Origin: Moniliella sp. 'wahieum'
Lineage: Eukaryota
Assembly: GCA_003971905.1 (NCBI GenBank)
Contig: RSEE01000031.1
Coordinates: forward strand, 310,001 to 374,000
Length of the DNA stretch: 64,000 bases
Reading direction: 5' to 3'
The notes below the pieces were generated by a model, which worked only from the letters and a program-made list of their open reading frames with translations, was not told the origin of the DNA and searched no databases. A program made the translations under genes and the position numbers. Shown one piece after another: positions 24,395-36,622 of the stretch; positions within the stretch are counted from its first letter, which is position 1; each line of letters opens with the position of its first letter.

Positions 24395-27315
24395 TTACGC
24401 ATGGCCTTCGGCCCAGTTGAGAATGAGGTTCTGCATATTGGCGTTGGTCAGCATGGAGATGAGAGAGGCATTCACCTCCGGCCCGCTCTCGGACCGACAC
24501 CTCCTGTGTCGCGAGAGGGACAGGCGCAGACGGGTGGACCGGGTAGGTGGCGGGGTACGTTTGCGCTTGGTCGGTCGTCGTGGGCGAGCGCACATGCTTG
24601 GTCCGTTGGCCACTGCGTTTCCCTTTCTCCTTGCCCGTACGCACCGCGGGCGTTGACACCGAGTCGGGTGTGCTTGCTTCGTGGCGGAAACGGCGGCGAG
24701 AGGAGGGAAAGGGGATGCGCCTTCCCCCGCCTCGCCCATACCCGTGCCGTGGGGGCTGGGGCCAGTCAGCGCAGGCAACTCCTCTTGCGACGGTGCTTCG
24801 GGAGCAGCAGCAAGCTGCGGGGGCGCTGGCATGGCACCTTGGGCCGTTACTCCGTCAGGTAGGTCCCACCGAATCTCACCTTGGGGAAAAAGGCTGCGAG
24901 GAGGGGTTCCAGTCCTCGGTGCTGAATTGGCCAGGGTGGAGATGGTGTCGGTCCAGGTGACGGGTGAGGGTGAGGCATGGGCGACGGCGGACGAAGCATC
25001 TCCACCCGTGTCGGCTGGGGCGGACGCGGCCTGCCAGGAGACATGTTCCACATTGATGCTAACAACGTCCCGGGAGAGGAGGCGAGCCAGTTGGTCGAGC
25101 GGTTGCGGCGTCGAAGGAGAACCGGTTGAGCCCATAAAGGGCCCCACAGGCGTCTCGACGGGCTCGGGCGGCTCATTGGGCTGCAACGGGCCATTTGCAC
25201 TGACTTTTTCTCGCCGTCGGGGACAAGACTCGTGCCAGGGGCAGGACACTCCGCTTCTTCTCTGCACCATCCCTCCGGCAGGGAGGTACCCCTTGGAGAC
25301 GCAGTCGATCTGGGTCCACGAGTGAGGGTCATCTCCCCGGCTCGTCATCGAGCAGCCGAGCAGCTGGGGAAGGCTTTCTCCTTCCGGAGGCAAAAGGGTT
25401 GACTGGCTACGGGTACCTGGGGGTGAGTTGTGTGGGTCGTGTGGTGAAGTGGAGAGGGTGGTAGCAGCGTCACGCGGCTCTCCTACCCTCTCGCCAGCGT
25501 AGATGCACGCTTCTGCGTGTGTGGCGGCGACGAGGCCAGGCCGCCTTGTCGTTTCGCCTTCCATGCGGCAGGGGGGGACTTGGACAGAGGAGGTAGTGCC
25601 GTGAGTTTGAGGGTGAGACAGAGGAGGGGCAGCCTGAGCCTGGGGGGGAGGGGGTCTGCCCGCCTCCGTCCAGGCTTTGTACGCGCGCCCGCATCGATGA
25701 CAGGCGATGTACATCCCCTCCCCGCACTGCGCCCCGTGAAAACTGAGGCCAGAGGTGGGACGGGAACTGAGACATGTACACTTTGGCCTCCCCACGTCGA
25801 GCGGGATAGAAGGAAGCCGCAACTCTCTGCACATCCCCCCCACCCCAGGGTCCAAACGACCACAGTGAACACAGTGAACCGCTCCATGATGGGCGGCTTT
25901 TCCCGGCTGAAGGGGGGAATTCGGTCCACTTTGGAGTTGATAACGGAGTGGAAGGCGGAGGGGGGCAGGGGCAGGGGCGGGGGTGGGAGCGGGAGCGGGT
26001 GCTGAGGCGTCAAGCGGCTTGGAAGAGAGATCAGAGGTGTCTGTTGAGCTAGAAGTTCCCCCCTGCAGAGCAGCAAGAAGTTCACTCGTGCTTCCCGATC
26101 CCTGAAGAGTTTGAGAAAGTAAGCGCGCCAGGCCGGAGAGTGCCTGCCCACCATCCGAGGTGTGCTGCAGTTGATCTAGCTCTGCGAGAAGTTGAGTTGC
26201 AGCGTCCAGTTCGGTGTCTGGTTTCGGACGCAAAGAGTGGGAAGTGAGCTCGTCGGCCGGATGGGACATGTGGGAGAGCGGGATGAGGTGTCGGAGGGGG
26301 CGGAGGGGATGCTCAGGACATCACCATCGGGGCCGTCGTCGGGGTCTTCGTCAGATGGTGAATCCATATCCGAGGGTGGGAACCTGGTACCGTTTTCTTC
26401 TCGTGTCCATAAGAGGCAGTGAGATGCGGGTTCCCCTTTGCTCGCGATAAAGCTTGATCCCGCCTGCGCAATGCTGCCGAGTTGAGGACGGAGCGTTCGA
26501 ATCTGAGAACAATATCCAAAGCCCAGCGTCTCTGTGCGGCGTGGCGAGGGTGGAAGGAGATGTGCTCCCTCGGGCGGGAGGGAGCTGCTGGATGTCGCCC
26601 CGCCGGCACGGAACGAGCGGGAAGATGGGGAAGGCGGTTCGAAGGGCGGGGGTTCCATGTCAGACGCGTCCGATTCATCGTCGCTCCCCTCGTCCTCATG
26701 AAGGGGACGGATGACTCCGGTTACATTTGCCCCTCCTCGGTCCTCGAGTGCGACACTAAGCAGGCCACACGCGTCAAAGATTCCCTTTGACGGCCGGGTC
26801 GACGCGGCAAGAGCTGTGTGGGGAGGTGGTGAGCGGGAAGGGTTGGTAGTGGGAGTGGGACAAGGGTTTGACTGCAGTTTGCTCGTTGGACTGGGGAGAA
26901 GCGCGAGGAGAGGGTTGGCGGCCAGGTGAGCGGAGGACGGGGCTGAGGGAGAGCGAGGAAGAGCGGCACGACGCTGACGCAGGGTGTGGGCGGGATGGAG
27001 GGCCTTGACAACCCAGTCATTCTTGCCGCTTGGCAAGAGGCGAGGGTCGGCATCGCAGATGGCGGTAACACATGCGTGGAGGGGAACACGGGCAAACCGG
27101 GGAGCTTCGGCTGCGCCAGCGTGTAGCCCAAAGACGCGCACCTCTGCCCGCTCGGCGAGGCGGACGGCGACGGCGTGGGATGCGCCGTCGAGCGTGTAGT
27201 ACACATTGACTGAAGGCGGGGGGCGGGGGGGGAGGTCAGAGGCGGAAGGGCAGGTGAGGCCGAGAGAGAACATACCGGATGTGCGCAAACGAGGACGCTT
27301 TGATGGCGGCGGCAT
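24395..27315 (-). CDS. Ams2/Spt21-like protein with a degenerate GATA-like zinc finger (tentative); frameshifted
   Basis: VNVYYTLDG..VPLHACVTAICDADPRLL..DWVV and CGLLSVAL..VTGVI resemble the Ams2/SPT21 N-terminal domain from memory; CVHC..CHRC pair; long low-complexity C-terminus. Confidence 0.5.
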
Positions 27316-27457
27316 TGCGATGGTGGTCGGACAAAAGCAGATCTTCAGCCGCGCGCGCGCCCTGCTGTAGCTAACTCTGCGTTCCGACTCCCTTGCTGCG
27401 CCCTTGAGGCGGCGACGCGACGCGTTATGAAATGTTGCACCGAAGGGGGTAACTAAA

Positions 27458-27573
27458 CTAGTAACTAGTAACTAGGTAACTATGGAACGTTGAAAGTGGC
27501 ACGTGGGGGCCTGAGCCTGAGCTGAGCGCGTTCAATGCAATGTTCAATTTCAACATTTATCGATTATCGATCA
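27458..27573. repeat. TNA-N4-TNA arrays (CTAG and TCGA cores)
   Basis: CTAG TAA CTAG TAA CTAG at 27458-27475; TTA TCGA TTA TCGA TCA at 27557-27573. Confidence 0.75.
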
Positions 27574-28158
27574 TCATCCGCCCGCCCTGCGCTGCCCCAA
27601 GCACTTCCCTCGGGCACGTGGCAGATTGAGTGCGCCCAAGCGGGTCCTCCGCAGAGTGTACCACTCGATCAAGCAACGCCCCACCCTCCTCCCCTGTCGA
27701 GGAGAAGCACCAGGTTGCATCACTCTAAGGCCGCACCGTTTGCAGCCATCCACCTAATAAAAAGCAGCCAGAATGCAGTCAGTCTCAGTAGGCAAGATAG
27801 GGGGCGCTTGAAGTTCTTGAAGCTCGTGCTCTCCACTCCCCAGTCGAGAAGGAGCACAACGATCGATGACCCCGAGCCTCAGACACAGTGAGGCCATGTC
27901 CATGGCGTGTTTCTGCCGGATGGCCACTGTTGGGAAGCTCAAGCCGTCGGGCATCGTCGAGCAAAAGATATCGCCTGCCTTTGGCCGCCATGCACGTGGG
28001 CGCTGGGCACTCGCTCGTCAGACGCTCGCATCTCAGACCGACCGCTGTATAAATTGTTCAAAAGTAAGCCAATTGACAATCTCTCTGACCCTGCTGTGTC
28101 TCCCGGGCTTCAAGCTTCACTAATAGCTTCACCTGCTTCATCTTCACCACGCTCACCA

Positions 28159-29476
28159 ATGGCTTCGGATGACGAGGAATCAGGTTCACAGGTTGTCGTA
28201 CGCGTCGAACGTCCCCCTCCTGCCCTGCGCTCGCCTCAACCTGTCCCGCTCGCTTTCCTCCACCGGCTGGTACAGGAGCACCGTGCCCGTTTGGGCCGCA
28301 ATCCGCCCCCAGGCCCCTCCGGCCCCCCTCGCAGTCCCCTCAGTCATCGCCGCCACGCCAAGAGGAGGAGCCATGGTACGCTTCTGTCAAGCGAGTGCCC
28401 CAGGTGCAGAGTGCTGGCATTCTATTCTCCGAGCGTGAGAGGGAAAGGGAGGCGTCCCCTCGAACGTCGCGGGGAGGATCCAGGGTTGTTTCGCCATTGC
28501 CCAGCGCAATGAGTGGAGGCGGTGTCCATATGGCAAGGCCCATGTCCCCCGCAGCAGCAACAGGGCCCAGAGCATCCAAACTGCGCCATACCATTCTCTC
28601 CTCGTCTGCTCCTACTTCGCCAAGACACGCCCCGCCTCCCACCCCCCCTGAACCCCTGCTCCGCCCGTTCTCCCACGCGGGCGTGCTTCTCCTGCCTCCC
28701 CCTCCCCCTTTTTGCATCGGTCACTGAGTCCGATACCCAGTTCCGAAGACCAGTCCTGCTGTCCCGCCGCCGCCACCGCCGCCAGAGGTGTGGGACGAGC
28801 CGGTGGAACCGCCTGAGAACTTTAGTATGGTTTCGTCCTGGGTGTACCGGGCTTCCTTTCCCTCCCGGCGCCATTTCCCTTTCCTTCGCGGCCTGGGGCT
28901 GCGATCGGTGCTAACGCTCGTGCTCGAGACCTATCCTGAGGGTCACATGCACTTTTTACGCCAAGAGGGCATCACGCTGATGCAATTTGGCTTGCCGGGC
29001 AACAAGGAACCCTTTGTTCATATCCGCCAGGACAGATTGCTGCTGCTCTGGCCGCGCTGCTGGATCGGCGAAACCATCCGATCCTTGTGCATTGCAATAA
29101 GGGCAAACATCGTACCGGTTGTCTTGTGGGCTGTCTTCGCAAAATGCAGCAGTGGTCCCTTACTGCCATCTTTGAAGAGTATCGTCGCTTTGCTTCGCCT
29201 AAACCACGCGCTATGGACCAAGAGTTTATCGAACTGTTTGACCCTCGTCTCGTCTGGGCCGCGCTGGGTGAAAATGCGCGATGGCTGCCCCATTGGGCCG
29301 TCTTGCCCTTACCCCTCCGCAACTATGTGACTCGCTGCGCCTTCCGGACGAGGAAGAGGAAGAACCGGGTATGCGGCAGATACGGGGGATGTAACATGTC
29401 ATATTGGTCCTGCATACGTTATGTACGTTGGCACAACAGCCAGGTGCGCGTAGACACAAAACAAAGGGAGAGATAA
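28159..29476 (+). CDS. SIW14: Atypical dual-specificity / inositol pyrophosphate phosphatase Siw14 (PFA-DSP); start uncertain
   Basis: PPENFSMV..VYRASFP, GNKEPFV, catalytic HCNKGKHRTGCLVGCLRK, IFEEYRRFA..K.R.MDQEFIELFD. Confidence 0.88.
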
Positions 29477-29507
29477 AGGGGAAGGGAAAGCGGGGTCCGA
29501 GGTAGGG

Positions 29508-30493
29508 CTACGGCGCTTGCGCCGGCTTCTCGCCACGAGGCTGGGACCAGTTGACGGACAAGATCAGGTTGGCGTACCCAAACCCGTCCACCTTCTGCCG
29601 CGCCTGATCCGCATCGGCAAACATTTCAAACGACACAAACGCGAATCCCTTGCCGCGCCCAGTCTCCCGATCCCGACCGACAAACACGCGGGTAACCCGG
29701 CCAAATCGGCCAAACAGTTGACGCAGATCGTCTTCCTCCACCTCTTCCGACAGGTTGGTCACACGCAGCGTTGGCAGCTCGTCGCGCGATCCGCCGCCCA
29801 TCGAGGCAGGGCCGAAGCGCGACGCAGCTCCCTCCCGCTGACCGGGAGGAACGTAGCGCCCGGTACGCGCACCGGCACTGGCCGCGACGGCCGGGTTGGA
29901 AGGGTCGTTGAGCGCAGGGTTGTCCGGGCCATCCTCGAGACCGTCACCAACGGCAGAGGCAAGTGTGTCCTTGTACGGGCAACGGGTGGTGAAGTGGTCA
30001 CCGCGGCAGTAGCGGCACTGGATCTTCTTGCCCTGCAGTTGGTTCCGCATCCCATCTTCGGCCGAAGGCTCCGGCTCCGCCTTGGCTGCACCACCGGCGT
30101 GCAAGCGAGCGGCGTGTTCTCAGCGACGGTGGTCGTGTTGTGGCCACCGGCAAGACCGGCCGAGGAGCCTTGTTCCTTGCCAAACTTGTGCGACGCCCAA
30201 GCCTGCCGCGCCATGGCGGCCGACGAGACTTGGGAGCGAACCAGCGTGCGGCGCACGCGCTTCGTCACCTTGATCTTGCCCGTGTCGGGGTCGATCTGGA
30301 GGGAGACAGTGACCTTGACGCCACCAGGCTCATCGCGCTCTTCAAGAATCTTGACGTCGCCATCCTCGATTTCGTCATCGTCGTCGGCCCAGTCGACGGC
30401 GCTGGTAGTGTGGTAGTGTTAGTGCCTGTCCAGATACACTCAGAGCTCAGAAACGTACGGCGCAGGACGCGGGGGAGGTGCAACAGCTGCCAT
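29508..30493 (-). CDS. TIF35: Translation initiation factor eIF3 subunit g; 5' intron; frameshifts
   Basis: DWADDDE, KVTKRVRR, KFGKE, zinc knuckle CRYCRGDHFTTRCPYKD, YVPP, RRM TLRVTNLSE..KGFAFVSF..GFGYANLILSVNWS. Confidence 0.93.
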
Positions 30494-30855
30494 TTCTCCA
30501 AGTGGTGGGGGATGTAGTGGTGGCGGTGGCGGGGGCGGGGGCGGTGGAGGGGAGGGTAGGCGTCTGAGTGGTTTGGGGCCTCCAGGCTTCAAAAGTAAGA
30601 AAAAAGAAGATGGCGGCAGGGGGGCAGTGAGGCGGCCACCTGCTTTTCGCCGACGCTCCCCCCTTTTCCGCCCTGTTCCGCTTCGGCTGTCTTCTCACAT
30701 TGGCCGGCTGGCTGACCTACTTACACTTTGTTCTTGCGTGTGCTACCAGTGAGGCCGTGAGGCGTGAGGGTGAGTGCGCTGGTGCTCAGGTGCCGCTTGC
30801 CCGGCAGGCCATTGACCCGCCGCCGGTCCCCCCCTCCTCGTCCGCCACGCCTCTG

Positions 30856-31090
30856 ATGAGATCTGACGTCTTGATGATCCTCGAGGGTGATGCAATGGCA
30901 CTAGTGTTGGTGGGACTAAGCCAACCAGCAACGCCTACAGAGGAACATCAAACAGCTAGTCGCCGCCAGGGGCTAGGGTGCGCAACATGGAAAACAGAAG
31001 CGAGAAAAAACAGACTCCTAGGCCTGAGCAGGGATTGAAGGGACGTTTGCCACGACACACGAGAGCCACCCGCATTGTGGCTCAACAACC
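30856..31090 (+). repeat. Dispersed repeat family A, diverged copy
   Basis: CCTCGAGGGTGATGCAATGGCACTAG..CTAAGCCAACCAGCAACGCCTACAGAGGAACATCAA..CCAGGGGCTA..TGAAGGGAC. Confidence 0.8.
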
Positions 31091-32241
31091 TCGACCTACG
31101 CCAACATCCGCCCGCGAGCTGCCGCCTGGGCCGGACGTGTTCCCCTTAGCCCTGCCGGCAGCGGAATGGACTTTGCACGACTTGAACCGGGTGGCCCTGC
31201 GTTCCAGTCGTCGGTTGACAGTTCGTTGGAACTAGCCCGAGCGGCCAAGAAGGAATCCAAGTTGTTGATGAATTCAGGTCTCCAACGCACCCCCTTGTCC
31301 ATGGTCCCCCGTGCCACCCCCCACCCCACGACGGCAGCCATGCTGACCGCAGCAGAACATATGGTTGGGCTCCCACTTCCACCTGTGCCCTGCTGCCCAC
31401 AGGCGAACCTACGAATCAAGGAATTACGGAAGGAGTTGTGCTGGACACAAACGTCGACTGGCATTTGTAGGGCCCAAAAGTACTCAAAAAGCTGGTGGCC
31501 ATGCATGTTTTTCCATGCGCACTTGCCCACCCAGATGGAGGCGGTAGCGCTGCAACAAAGGGAGCAGGTAGCGCGGCTGTTGTATGAACCCAACGATACC
31601 CTCTCTTCCACCTTGATTGCAGTGTTGTGACAGACAAGCACGCAGGGACGCAACCGCCTTTTTCCCGACCCTACATGCATTGCTCATCATGCTCCATCTC
31701 GGGGGATAGGTGGGCGAACATCTGCACCTGGAGCAAGTGCTTCGCTGGTCGCTTAAAAAAGTGACACCAATCATGGCCTAACTCATGCAGGGCACCTATA
31801 CGGCCATCGAGGCGTACGTGGAGCAAATGCGCGTCCAAAGTGGCCCCGATCGCAGTCCCCCTTCCCACGGACGCGTTCTTGCCTACCTGGGCCCCTGCCG
31901 ACTCCAACTAATGGGCGTAGGACTTACGCAGCATTTCTGGCGGATCGGCGGTGGTGCCGTCGAGGTTGTGATGGGCGCCGTGCACTACCGCCATGACATG
32001 AGGGCCGCGGCCCCGACCCTGTTCCACCACAAGTACCCTCCGGGTGTCATGGTGCCAAGAGGGACCATGCCGAGCGTAATAAGGACAAAAGAGACGTACA
32101 ACCTATTCCCTGGGGCTCGTACCCCGTCCGCTGGCCGCACTCGCACCCAGCCTGATCCGAATTAGCCGCTGCCATCGAGGCGAAGATGCCCGCTGCGCAG
32201 TAGCAACTCGCCTCGTTGGCCCAGCGAGAACGATATCGACT

Positions 32242-32318
32242 GCGTCGGTGAGCGTCAGTGAGCGTCAGTGAGCGTCGGTGAGCGTCAGTGAGCGTCAGTG
32301 AGCGTCGGTGAGCGTCGG
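32242..32318. repeat. 10-bp minisatellite (AGCGTCRGTG), about 8 units, with 30-bp higher-order structure
   Basis: The variable base runs G,A,A,G,A,A,G,G across successive units. Confidence 0.9.
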
Positions 32319-32942
32319 GGAATTTGCTGCTCCTTGAAAGAACAATCAACAAGAACAAAATGCATTGGGAGGCATCGTGCACAGTTGACACGAGGGACGA
32401 ATGCAATGCGAGGAATGGTGTGGGGCCCTAGATGGTTTGAACAATGTTTCTTCTGTCTGATAGATGTGGCCCATAGACGGACATCTTGGGCGAGGGCGAG
32501 AGGACCTTGAGGAATTGATTGGGCGTGCTAGAGGCGCGCTCGAGTGAGGTAGATGTTGGAGAGTTGGTTGAGATCTGAGAGGGCGATGCCGCCAATGGGA
32601 ACCATTAATCACCAGAAGGTAGGCCTGCAGCACCATCATACACCTGTATCACCTCCAATTAAGCACATCACATAGCACGGGTGCCTCCCCTCGTCAAGAG
32701 CAGGCCGGGTAAAACGATGTTACGTAACAACCGCGAGGGAAAGCTCATGCATCGGACTGCTGGATTGGCCATGACGTCATGGCATGACGCGCGCGTGGCC
32801 TACTGATACTGAGCACTCGGACGGAGTACACCACGCACAACTCCCTGGGGCACCACAGACCGATGGCCACACGAGGTACAAGTACAAATACAACCGCAGC
32901 TTACACGCACCTCCGCCGGCGCTTCCCCCTCAGGCTGAGGCC

Positions 32943-35297
32943 TTACATGACAACACATTCCTTCTCCGCGTCCTTGCGCACCGGCATGCGCTTGCCGTTC
33001 TTGATGTCCGCCAGCCGCTCCGAGGCGCGCTTGTCGCCCTTGGCCGCTGCGCGTGTGTACCACTTTTTGGCCTCCTCCAGCGACGCTGTCACGCCAATGC
33101 CCACCTCGTTGTAGTACCCGGCCGCATACTCCGCCTTGGGGTAGCCCCGTCCGGCCGCACGCAGCGCATAGGAAAGCGCCTCAGCATCGTCTTGCGGCCA
33201 CAGTTCTTCCCCGTCGGTCACCCCCGTCAGACTCCACCCCGACAAGGCCAGTTCCGCCGCTGGCTCGCCCTGCTGCGCCGCCAGCAGATACCACTTGCGT
33301 GCCGCGCGCAAATCTTTCGGCCCGGCCAGGGCGCCGTGCTCCAGAGCGGCAGCGATGCGGGTCTGGGACGGAGCATAGCCCAGCCGCGCACCTTGGAGGT
33401 AGAGTGCGCGTGCCATCCTATGGTCCTGCACAATCTCCCCTGCCGTCCCATTGACGGCCGTCTTCTTCTCGTACAGCTGAGCCAGGGCATGGACCGCATA
33501 CGGATGCGCACGATCCGCTTGCTCGGCCGCCCGGCGCAGCCACACCACCCCGTCCCGCGGATCCTTGGCCTGCCCCAGCAGGCCCTGTAACAAGATCATG
33601 CCCATCTTGTACATGCCTGCCGTATCGCCGAGTGCACACGCCTTGCGGTAAACAAGATGGCCCGCGCTGCATCTTTGCGCGTGCCGGCGCCCACCTCGGA
33701 ACAGACGGCGGCACGGTAGGTGGCCGCTGCGTGGTTCTGCTTTGATGCCTGCACGTACAGTCGATACGCCTTTTCGTGGTCCACCGAAAGCCCCAAGGAA
33801 CCATTTCCATAGCATGTGGCGAGCAAGAACTGCGCATCGCTATAGGCGCGAATGGGCTGCACGCCCTGCGCTCCGGTGGCTGTCAGGCTACCCTGCGCCA
33901 ACTTTTTCAGTCGTTTGACCGCCTCGGCCAACAGAGCGTCGCGGAACCGGCGTTGGGCTTTGGATGAGTCGAGCGGGTCAGCAATCGTGCGGGCTGCCTC
34001 AATTAGGTACTGGACATAGGCAAACTGAGCCTCGGCATCGGGCTCGGCGGCCATGCGGGCGCGGTAGTCGGCTACAAACGCTTTGGTCATGGGCAACTTG
34101 GTAGGTGGAGGGGGTGGGGCGTGGTGGCGCCCTTGGCCACGGGCTTTTTGCTCGACGACGAGGTACGCACACTGATGCTGCTCGGTGCGTAGCTGGCAGG
34201 CCGACCGGGATCGCTGCCGATCCGGCTGCCCATGCTGGAACGAGAGAGGTGGGCTTGCAATTGCGGGCTGTGCCAGTCGTACGACGGCGCATAGGGCCCG
34301 GCGTACGCGCCGCCGTACCCGGGCGGCGGGAGCCAGGGATGGAAGTGTGGGAGTGAGCGGGCGAGGGGTAGGCCGAGGAAGCATACGATGGCGATCCTGT
34401 TCGGTGCATCTCGCCCATCGGAGAAGGGGAGCCGTGGCGCCATGCGTAGCCTGACAAGCCAGAGATGCCCGACAAGTTGCTCAGGCCGCCCATGGAGACC
34501 GTAGAGGATTCGCTCGGGGCCACCGAGTAGATCGAGTCGGAGCGGCGCGCGACGTTGGGACTGGCATAGGTCGGCGAGGTAGGCGAGAGCGGAAGGTGGG
34601 ACAGCTGGGCCGCCGCCAGCGCAGCGGGCGAGAGCGAAGGAGACGCACCCGCACTGGGGCCAGTAGAGATGCCAGGTTGGGCAAGGCGGAGGGGCGGGCG
34701 GAGGGGGCACTGGGTTCTGGTTCTGGTTTTGGCTCGGGCTCGGGCTCGGCGGCTTGACGCGGGGGGCTGGCGGAGGCAGTGGACGCGCCAAGCGCTAGGG
34801 ACGGGGCTGGGAAGGGATAGGCGTCTTGGGACTCGTACCCAGGGCGGGGGGTGGGCGTGGAGACGTAGAGGGCGGCGATGCGGGCGTTGGGGGTTGTCAG
34901 TGGAGGGGCGGAGACGCAGGAGGGATCGTCGTCGCTGGCGCCGGGAAGCGCATCGGCGGGGGGGGGCGGTGTGCTCATGGGCAGCGTGGGGCTGCAGGGG
35001 CCGGCGGGCATGGCGGGGGCGCAGGGGGGCATGGGCGGGAGGGCATACACATCGGCCGACGAGCTGCCCATGGGCGTGCGCAGCGAGACGCCCGGGAGAG
35101 CCTGGAGTAGCGGAGCAGCAGCCAGTCTGGGCTGTGGCGTGTCGGGCGCTGGCGTGGCTGGCCCCGGCTGGCCTGCTCCCAGGTAAACGTTAAACGTTGA
35201 CTGGGCACCGGGCGCTGGGTACCCGGTGGTGGTCCCTGATTCCGATTGGCCATGACCACATCGCGTTCGGTGCACCATCACGCATCGCCCTCACCAT
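32943..35297 (-). CDS. SKT5: Chitin synthase activator Skt5/Chs4 (Sel1-like repeats, C-terminal CaaX); start uncertain; frameshifts
   Basis: EAQFAYVQYLIEAA, YSDAQFLLATCYGNGSLGL..HEKA..LYVQASKQNH, MYKMGMILLQG, AELALSGW, KAEYAAGYY.EVGIG; ends ECVVM*. Confidence 0.88.
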
Positions 35298-35459
35298 CCC
35301 GCCCGCACCACTAGGGTTGTTGCCCTCGGCCCGCACAGCCGCTGTGCGCATGCCCCACCCTCTCGGGCGGCGGGGGCCCCACGGGGCAGTCTGCACATTG
35401 TTTCCGTCGGCTCTCTTTCTTGCGTGATGTAACAGCCCTACACCTTCCGCGGATATGGT

Positions 35460-35550
35460 GGCCTCGTGGTGTGGTTGATCACGTATCCTTTACATTGCCT
35501 CTGGGCCGTTGTAACGGATAAGGTCCTCGGTTCGATCCCGGGCGAAGTCA
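35460..35550 (+). tRNA. tRNA-Val(TAC) with 20-nt intron (35495-35514); short D-loop and one acceptor-stem mismatch
   Basis: Acceptor GGCCTCG/CGAAGTC-A, anticodon stem TATCC/GGATA with loop TT-TAC-A[intron]C, T-arm CTCGG-TTCGATC-CCGGG, followed by a TTTTT Pol III terminator. Confidence 0.75.
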
Positions 35551-35860
35551 ACTTTTTGCTTTGTGGTTGTTGCCGCTGCAGACCACCTTTTTTTTGCTCG
35601 GCGCAGGGGGTGGACTGGCCGCTGGGGCGCTGATGCGGTAGATCCCACGCGTGTTATATAATCAACTTTCGATATTCAACTAGCTTGAAGCTTGAAGCGC
35701 TCAAGATCTTAGCTCTTGACGGTTCAAACGCTAAAGGTAAATTAATCAAAGCTAGAGCTTTAAGCTTTCTGCGCTAGATCATTTACCGGGCAGATGTGCG
35801 GTTCAAAGACACAGGGAGGAGGACAGAGGCAGTGCCCGCGGTGCGGCGTGTGGGTCGCCG

Positions 35861-35898
35861 TAACCGGTAACCGGTAACCGGTCCTTAATCATTAATCA
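35861..35898. repeat. TNA-N4-TNA arrays (CCGG and TTAA cores)
   Basis: TAA CCGG TAA CCGG TAA CCGG .. TTAA TCA TTAA TCA. Confidence 0.8.
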
Positions 35899-36389
35899 TT
35901 GGACCGACATTTTGCCAGGGGGCTGTAGGGTATCGCAGCACAGGCACTTGTCATTTTGCTTCCTATCTATACTGTGGCTGCTTTTGCTACGGCCTGCTAC
36001 AGCACACATCATACCACCCCAGCCACTGCGTCAACTAAGCGAGGCAATCCAAGGCGAAAGAGGACGCCACAATAGCTTGCGGGAGGCTCGATCCCCTCGT
36101 CTCCCAATATGCCCTCTCTTCACTGTGCTTGCGGGGGACAAGGTGGGAGAGGGCCGAGGGGTGCTGCAGGTAGAAGGAGAAGGGTCATGCATCATGCAAG
36201 CCCAAGTCGTCGCGTTGGAAACGAGGTATACCGAAGTGGTCGCAACTACGCACCTAACCCTTCTTCTTCTCGCTCCACCCTTCCTACTCCGTCACAAATG
36301 CAAAGAGAGAGCGCATGACGGATGGGTACCAGCCAGAAGCTCCGAGCCGAGGTCCCCTACAAAACACACCCCTTGGCCGCAAGAGAAGT

Positions 36390-36622
36390 GATGAGCCTGG
36401 AGTCCTGATGGTCTCGAGGGTGATGCAATCGCACTGGCTGTAGTGGTGGTGGTCTAAGGCAACCAGTAACGCCTACAGAAGAACATCAAGCAGCGAGTCG
36501 TCACCAGGGGCTAAGCTGCGGAACAAAGAAAAACAAGAGAGAGAAAAAACAAAACGGAACCGTTGAGGAGGAACTGAAGAGACGGGCCAAAGCATGATGC
36601 ATGAGCCCACCCGAGGCTCAAA
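36390..36622 (+). repeat. Dispersed repeat family A copy
   Basis: CCTGGAGTCCTGATGGTCTCGAGGGTGATGCAATCGCACTGG..AACGCCTACAGAAGAACATCAAGCAGCGAG..GAGGAGGAACTGAAG. Confidence 0.85.

Noticed and set aside
32242..32318. Regularly spaced repeats as a CRISPR-like array
   Set aside because: No unique spacers, a 10-bp unit and a eukaryotic context; this is a minisatellite.
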